From Schmidtea polychroa (Eukaryota): a stretch of DNA of 64,000 nt. The translations under genes and the position numbers were made by a program. The stretch lies in contig CM097885.1 in the NCBI GenBank assembly GCA_044892525.1, forward strand, positions 236,284,001-236,348,000, given 5' to 3'. Numbering within the stretch: the first letter of the stretch is position 1; each line of letters begins with the position of its first letter. Below are positions 56,691 to 64,000 of the stretch, in pieces. The notes beneath the pieces are model-generated. The model was given only the letters and a program-made list of their open reading frames with translations. It was not told where the DNA came from and ran no database searches.

Positions 56691-58199
56691 ATCTGGTCGA
56701 AAGTACAGAAATGAGCGAAATAGTTAGAGAGTATCCAGACCCGGTGATGCGAACGAAGAGCTGGTACCTTATTGGAAGTGGAACTTTGTTTCTATTACTC
56801 TTGACAAATTTGGATAATTCTACGGATGAAAGTAAAATTATTAGAACCGCAAATAATGTTGTTATTAATGACGAAATATAATAATTATCTAACTCCTAAT
56901 ACTTAGATTTTTACGAAAATGAAGAGAATAACCATGAGTTTATTATCCGTGTAATATTTGTAATATCCCTTAATCATCATAACGCTTCATAAAAAAAATA
57001 ATTTCTAAGTTATCACTCTTGGTACTGTCTAAAAACATGTCCAGCTCACCATTAAACTTTATACTAATAATTATAATAATATGGATGACGGTCATAAGGA
57101 TTGTGATATGGTTAGAAGAAAAGAAACATATTATCAACTAAACAATGACACTCAAAATAATCATGCTTATACGAAATTATTATAAGGAAGTAAGAACCAT
57201 AACAAGAAGGATAACCAGTATGAGCATAATAAGAATAATAATAATGATTTTACTAATGGGAATACTTATAATATGACTAGTAATAATAATAATGACGATA
57301 ATGATAACAATTATAATAGCATTGATATGCTGCAGCGACTACTGCGCGCTAACGATGCACTTGTACGGCGCACTACGATTCTGCACTCAATTGTCGGTGC
57401 GCAATAGTCGGGCGCAAAAGTCGGTGTGCTACAATGATAGGAATATTGGTAATGTTGAGTTTTATGATGAAAAAAGTTGACCGTTGTTTACTTTGACTCC
57501 ACGTGTCCCAAAATTGAGAAACACAAACTCCCAGCATATATTTGTCTATAGCAAATTTACAATTCTCAATAAATGATAGCAACTTTTAGTTAACCTTCGC
57601 TTTGGAAAGTCTCGACCTTGTGCGATTTAAAAATAAGTTTCACTTTTTATTTGATTCCACTCTCTGATTCAAACTCCTTTAATGCTCCTTTTCTAACTCT
57701 TCAGTTCCTCTTATAATTCCTTTTTTTCTTGACTTTGTTCCTTAAATTCCTATTGTCAGTTTCTTCTTCCCTACCTAAGGCTACTGCCGAATATCTGAAT
57801 TTGGAGTTTCCTTATATACTCCCATAATCGTTGTAATTGCAACATTTTTGACCTAATTGGTTTTGACTTCCTTAGTTATCATTCTCTAATTAGTTATTCT
57901 GTTGACCATCTTAGTAATTCCCTTACTTTTGTTTATTCTCGTCTATCCGACTGTTTTGATAATTGCCTTCTAAATTCTTAGTTTGTTTATTCTCTCAAAT
58001 TGCCGCTCTCGGGTTTTCTTCATCGCTCGAGTTATCCATTGGTTTGGACTTCCTATTAGCTCGGGTTTTCCATTAGCCTATTAATTAATTAATTAATAGT
58101 TTGTGTTTTTCCATATTTACCTGGTTTCCGACCCTTTCTAAATATTTTCGAACAATTTCTTGCTCACTGTCTTCTTCATCATTCCCTACTCTACACCTC

Positions 58200-58954
58200 T
58201 CACGTTCTCCAGCTTTAATTTTGATAACATTTCACTTTATTTCACTTTACCATATAAACATAAGTCTAATGGTTTAGCAGAACGGGTAATACGTACGGTT
58301 TTTGATATGGTCGTGACATTTTTGAGTGATGGTCGAACTGGAGGGTGTTAAGAAAACATTATGCCAAAAATTGAATATTCTCTAAACTCAACAACTCAGA
58401 ATTCTACGGGATTTTCGCCAATGGAAATAATATTTTGAAGAAAGGTTAATTCTTGGATAGAATTAATTTATAGATCTTAATCGAGAAGAAGTATTATTGA
58501 TAACACAGAATAATATTATGGTAGAGCAGATAAAATGAAATCAAGGGATAGATATAAGAAAAGTCATCCGCATTTTGAGGTGGATCAAAGAGTTCCTAGT
58601 AAAATGGATCCACACAAGAGATCAAAACATGGTATTTGTTCGAAGGTCCCGTAAAGATTCTTGGTTTTCCACCTGAACATCAAGTTGAACTAGAATATCC
58701 AGATGGGAAAAGATGCAGAAGAATTAACTGGCTGAAAAAGTATCACAGTTTTTAAAGAAGGGGAGAGTGACGATATTTAGACTGTCATTTTGTTGTAATA
58801 TCCGGATTTTGTATTAAATATATTATATGGGAAAGCGTGTTAGATTTAATGAATATTAAAGGAAACTTTACTATTCATATTGTCAATTTAACTTAATATG
58901 AACGCAAAGTTTTAAATTAGAAATTTAATTTAACTATAATGAGGAATAGTGACA
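58200..58954 (+). mobile_element. Gypsy-type LTR retrotransposon 3' remnant (integrase, PPT, 3' LTR 58768-58954)
   Basis: PYKHKSNGLAERVIRTV and STGFSPMEIIF; polypurine tract AAAGAAGGGGAGAG followed by TG...CA. Confidence 0.8.
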
Positions 58955-59239
58955 TTAGATTTTTTTTCATTTAATTTATGAATAAAATGACTCAACTCTC
59001 TCTGTTTTTTGTATTATAAATGATATTAAGTTTAAAATTTTATCTAAATAAAATAGCAAATAATCATATTTCTTGATGTAGTAGTTCTTACTTGAAAAAT
59101 TTCACACTAAAATTGATTAAAAAACCTTTGTTTTAATGGTTTCGGCATAATATAATATGAAAATTTAAATATAATGACTATTTATAATTCATTATTTCTA
59201 TTTTTATTCTTACTCAATTGTTATTCGCTTTCAGGCAAA

Positions 59240-59719
59240 ATGAGAGCAATCAGAATTAGTGAATTTGGAGAACCATGTGTTTTAAAGTTAATTGAAAATC
59301 TGACGATACCAAAGCCTTCAGAAAACGAAGTAATTTTTAAATTTTTAATTTAATACAAATTTTATTTGTTTAATTTTTATTCTATAATCTATAAATTAGG
59401 TGTTGATTGAAGTTAAATATGCGGGTGTTAATCCAGTGGATACATATCGTCGAGCAGGCAAATACAGTATATTGCCTACACTCCCATGGGTTCCTGGATC
59501 TGATTGTAGTGGAACTATATTAGCATTAGGATCCAATATCCGGGATAAATTTTCAATAGGACAACGTGTTTTTACAACCTCAACTATTACAGGATCATAT
59601 GCCAGTCATGCATTAGCTTCTGTGCACCATGTTCACGCATTGCCTAATAAATTATCATTCCAGCAAGGTGCATCATTAGGCACTCCGTATTTCACGGCAT
59701 ATAGCGCCTTGTTTGACAG
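59240..59719 (+). CDS. CRYZ: Zeta-crystallin/NADPH:quinone oxidoreductase, first two coding exons (59240-59329, 59400-59719); the remainder is not seen in the window
   Basis: MRAIRISEFGEP...VLIEVKYAGVNPVDTYRRAG..LPWVPGSDCSG...GSYA...GTPYFTAYSAL; GT-AG intron. Confidence 0.9.
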
Positions 59720-60129
59720 GTAAATCTCATTCATTTCCAAAATATTTAATCAAATTATTTAAAAAATGGTACTATTTCCCAATGTTCGCAGTAACTGCTG
59801 GTTTTGTTTATATGTTTTTAAGTCGAATATTGAATTATTATGGAGTGAAATGTAATGAAGCAATGAAAGCGGACAGTTGTAGACATACAAGTCTTTGTGT
59901 ATATTATCGATTGTTTACTTTGTCTCTCAATGCTGCATCGATTTTGTCCCTGTTCATTTTCGGAATCCCACTCTGAAGAAACTTATCTAAGGTAGTGGTA
60001 CACAGCATTTTGAGGCCTTTGTAGCGCTTTATTTATAAAATTATCCAGGAACCTGTGATATGTTTTATGGAAAACCAAAGTTCCACAGAACACATGTTAA
60101 AGAACAGTGGTCTGATTATTCAAAACAAT

Positions 60130-60720
60130 ACAAAGAGCTTATCACAGCTTTAGATTTTTATGTAACGACATCGAGTTAAAGCTAAACCACATACAAAAAC
60201 GGGTTACGGTAATCAACAGGTTCAAAATACAGTTCTTGTACATTGTTAATGTTCATATCAAAACCCGAAATTGCAGGAAATTGACGACGCTTTGTTTTAA
60301 ATGGCATACTGGTGGTACCACTCGATACCAATTCAATCTACCTTCATTACTACCTGTTATGATTTCTGTTTTAATGCTGTTTAGATACAAACTAATAATA
60401 ATCAATATTGCGCCAATGGACAATCTCCTTTGAATTAACACTTCTTAGCGATATGATAAATGCAATAACTTCCAGCTTCAATGATTTGGCATTCTTGATG
60501 GACATAATGTATGAATGAATTCAGTAGGAGAATTAATTACGTCATTTGAATCATCTGATTCCAATAAATCAATAATCATAATTAACAGTTTCATTTGATA
60601 AACGTTTCAACTCCATAGCATCAATAAATTTTTGGTAGAATGACTTTTAGATAATTGAGATATTAGTTAGTATTAATATTTATATTCTTATTGATAATAG
60701 GAAATCAATAAGAAATATTG
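60130..60720 (-). pseudogene. Helitron PIF1-helicase remnant; shorter inverted copy at ~61990-62280
   Basis: The plus-strand copy reads GETVNYMSIDSMVSDDPNDVINYPIEF..PPGMPNH; the minus copy continues into SIKTEIITGS. Confidence 0.75.
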
Positions 60721-62284
60721 TAATTTATAAACTGAAATCTATTCAATCATTAATAATTTTGACAATGAAAATGACAATTACGAATAAAATAAATAATCAA
60801 AAAATAAGTACTTCATTTAAACAAACATTAAATAAAAAAAATTGTTAAATGGGAATTTTTTTAAATTTCTTATTTAATTAGTAAGAACTCAATAAGAAAT
60901 AGTGTAATTTATTTTATTTTTATCGAATATAAAAATGATCATTAAGATTTAAATAATTAAGATTAAAACAAATAAGCAAAGAAATATGTATTCAAACAGC
61001 CACTAGGACCCAATAAAGATTTCACCAAATTAATTAGATAAAAATCAATAATAATATTTCCAATTATGTAACTGAAAAATTATAAACTGAAAAATTTGTT
61101 GCAGTAATTATGAACACGGTTTCAATAGCCTATGTGTGTATTTCGTAATTTTTTGAAACAAAAAGATTAAAATCTTTTGAGTGTTTCTCAAAATTACGAA
61201 ATATTTAGTTTCACATGTTATTATTGTCGATTATTAATATGAAATGATTAAATCCAGTAAGATAATATTCTTACTAATGAGAATGATCGATGACATGATT
61301 CTGAATCCATTCATTGTAGAAGTTATTATTTAATAACTGTATCATAACCCTTTATTAGGAATAAAGAAGTCTGATAGTGTTTTTGTATTTGTCCCCTATC
61401 AAATGATAATTTTATTTAAAAATACTGATAAAATTCAAATAAAATCTAAGAAAAAGCTTTAAATAGAAATTAGTCCAAACTTTACTTAAAAAAAATATTG
61501 TATTAACAAATAATAAATTAATTTAATTTTGTTTAAATGAAGTGAAAAATTTCGCAAAAAATTAAAAAATTCCATTTTTGATCAAATTTTTAAGCCTTAT
61601 AAAATCAATGTAAATTTCGCCACCATATTTTTTGCCTGGTAAAATTAATATCAATTTTAAACCTCAAACTAACGACGGAGATAGAGTGAGAAAACTAGTT
61701 AAAATTAACATTTACCTAAAATTTCATATTTATTTTTCTTCCATGCAAACCGGTCCGATCGTACTTTCAGTGTAACAATGTATAGACAGAATTTAATTTT
61801 CTGTAAAATTGCTTGACCAGAAATTTAAATAACAAAGCCGTTTGCGCTATTTTTATTGTCGCACTCGGTATTTGATTTGAGTTTGAAACACTAGACAAAA
61901 ATTAAGATTTCTAGATGCAATATAGAATCTTAATGATGATTTTCATCAAAATTATTAAAGATAGGATAAATTTCAGTTTCTAAATTACAATATTTCTTAT
62001 TGATTTCTTATTATCAATAATAATATAAATATTAATAATAAGTAATTCATTCTAACATTCAAATTTTTTGTTATGAAGTAAAACCATAAAATGTTGGAAC
62101 TTATATCAGGTGAAACTGTTAATTATATGAGTATTGATTCTATGGTATCAGATGATCCAAATGACGTAATCAATTATCCTATTGAATTTCGTTCATACAT
62201 TATGTCCACCAGGAATGCCAAATCATTTTGCTAAAAAATCAATCCAAAGAAAAATGCTCAATGACACAAAATTGATTATATTAA

Positions 62285-64000
62285 CCCTTTCATTCGGGAA
62301 TTAATTCTGTGGGTAAATTAATTATCTAGACCATCAAACCTAGTAAGGGGACTCAAATTATGCAAAAAAATAAAAAAATAATTTAATTTTTTTTTTAAAT
62401 AACGGCTTTAGAGAATGTACATTATATTGTACATTTCGAATCTGTAGGTGTTAATTTTACTGAGCTTTTTTATGTACCTTTGAATGAATTAAAATAAAAC
62501 ACTATAGCAATTCTTCAAAAAAAAAAGAAAAAAAGAAAGAAATCAAAAATAAAATGTATGTTTATTCTGAATTCAACACATACTTATACAAACTATAAAA
62601 AAATAACATAAATAAACAATATGTGTATCTATATACATATACACAAAAACAAAAAATAGGAACTTTGTATAAAAATAAACAAAAATCAATTTAGGAACTT
62701 CGTGTTCTATTTTTTTAAAAACTCTTTCAGTTCTTGTTTCTAGGAAAATCTGAGAAACAATTTCTTAATTTATTAATACAAAGGTGAACCTTGCATTTAT
62801 CACATAAAAAAATGTTCTACCCTTGCAGCCAATTTGTTTGCAACGAGTGGGTTCAGTTTTTTGATCATGTTGGGGCATATGATCAATGTCATCAAATCTG
62901 ATATCCTTGTATGGTCTTATTTCCTGATTCTTTTTAGATCGTTTTTTTTCGATTGAAGTATCAACACTGGAATTTGAAAAAGGTCTACCCTTTTTACTTT
63001 CATTGCATGGTTTGCCTGCTGAAACTAAACTATTTGCTAATTCCATTCTAAATGCCAGTAAATCCTGTATATTTTTCTTTGGAATTTTTTGTATTTCACA
63101 ATCCCTTCTATACTCTAACCAACTGGCACATGTAGCAAAATCCATGAAATGAAAAAATACTCTCAATGGCCACTTCTTGGACTGGATAAAAACTCGATAA
63201 TAGCTGATAAGCTGATCTAGAAGATCCACTCCCCCCATGCACAGATTATACCGAGAAATAATCTCGGGCCGACAAATTTTTACATATTTTTTAGCAGTTT
63301 TATCCCATCTTTCCACTACTTCAGTAGTTCCAATTCCAACAAAATTCGAGCCTATGTGAATAGCCTTATTGTCCTGCCATTTTACTAAAACAATTTTTCC
63401 ATCCCTACTGACCACAGTGTCAGTTGCCCCCTGACCTTTCTTTGCGAGTTCCTTATCTGTAATAAATGGTGGATTAGCAAAACGATTTACTCTTAAGGTT
63501 CCTACGGCATTTATTCCTTTCTGCTTTAAAATTTCAAATAATTGGTATGAGCTGAAGTAATTGTCAAAATATAGATTATTGCCATTATTATTCGGTAACC
63601 GTTGCACCAAATGAAGTACAACACTAGCACCAAAACCAAATCTTTTCAAGTTAATAGCCGATATGTCTGTATCCGCGCCTTGGTATAAAAAGAAATCTTT
63701 ATGGTATTCCACTTTTACCACAAAGTATGAAAACCTTCATACCCCAGGGATTCGGTTTACCTTTCATTTATTGTTTCATTACTAAATGTCCTTTAAACGG
63801 TATAATCTGTTCATCAATACATAAATTTTCTTCCAGCGGCAATTGATTACACCGACGACGAATAGCATCAACCAAAGTTCTTACCTTATAGAACTTGTCC
63901 TTACAATCATTGGGTTTTTCCAATTTGTTCACAATATGCAAGTTATTTCTTAGCTGGAAAAATCTATCCGAAGTCATATGTTTTTTAAAAATTTCGATAT
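62285..64000 (-). mobile_element. piggyBac transposon (PGBD-like transposase with a frameshift/stop), extending off the window
   Basis: CIDEQIIPFKG, YFDNYF, GTLRVNR, YNLCMGGVDLLDQ and a C-terminal Cys-rich start; TTAA|CCCT end at 62281-62288. Confidence 0.92.

Noticed and set aside
56700..58200. Possible gag remnants and 15-bp CG-rich repeats at ~57335-57430
   Set aside because: Too degenerate to assign boundaries or a family by eye.

Overview
AT-rich eukaryotic genomic window, probably an invertebrate animal, with host introns mostly about 40 nt. Most of it is nested transposon debris around a few host genes: a 10-exon SLC35D nucleotide-sugar transporter, the 5' part of a zeta-crystallin/quinone oxidoreductase, a RING-H2 ORF and a micro-exon coiled-coil gene. 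The standout is an 11,542-bp element (4120-15661) that is one giant palindrome. Each arm carries an intact 1305-aa protein-primed family-B DNA polymerase and a 157-aa ORF. The arms meet at an imperfect hairpin built from four 14-bp palindromes spaced exactly 46 bp apart. The element has Polinton/Maverick-type AGT...ACT ends and a 6-bp target-site duplication (AACAAC), and the matching empty site is present in the same window (19561-19566). It encodes no integrase, capsid, ATPase or protease. It sits in the arm of a second, non-coding fold-back element that starts with AGTAGTAG and itself interrupts an Ulp1-like/RT non-LTR retrotransposon. All calls are from reading the sequence by eye; no database searches were run.
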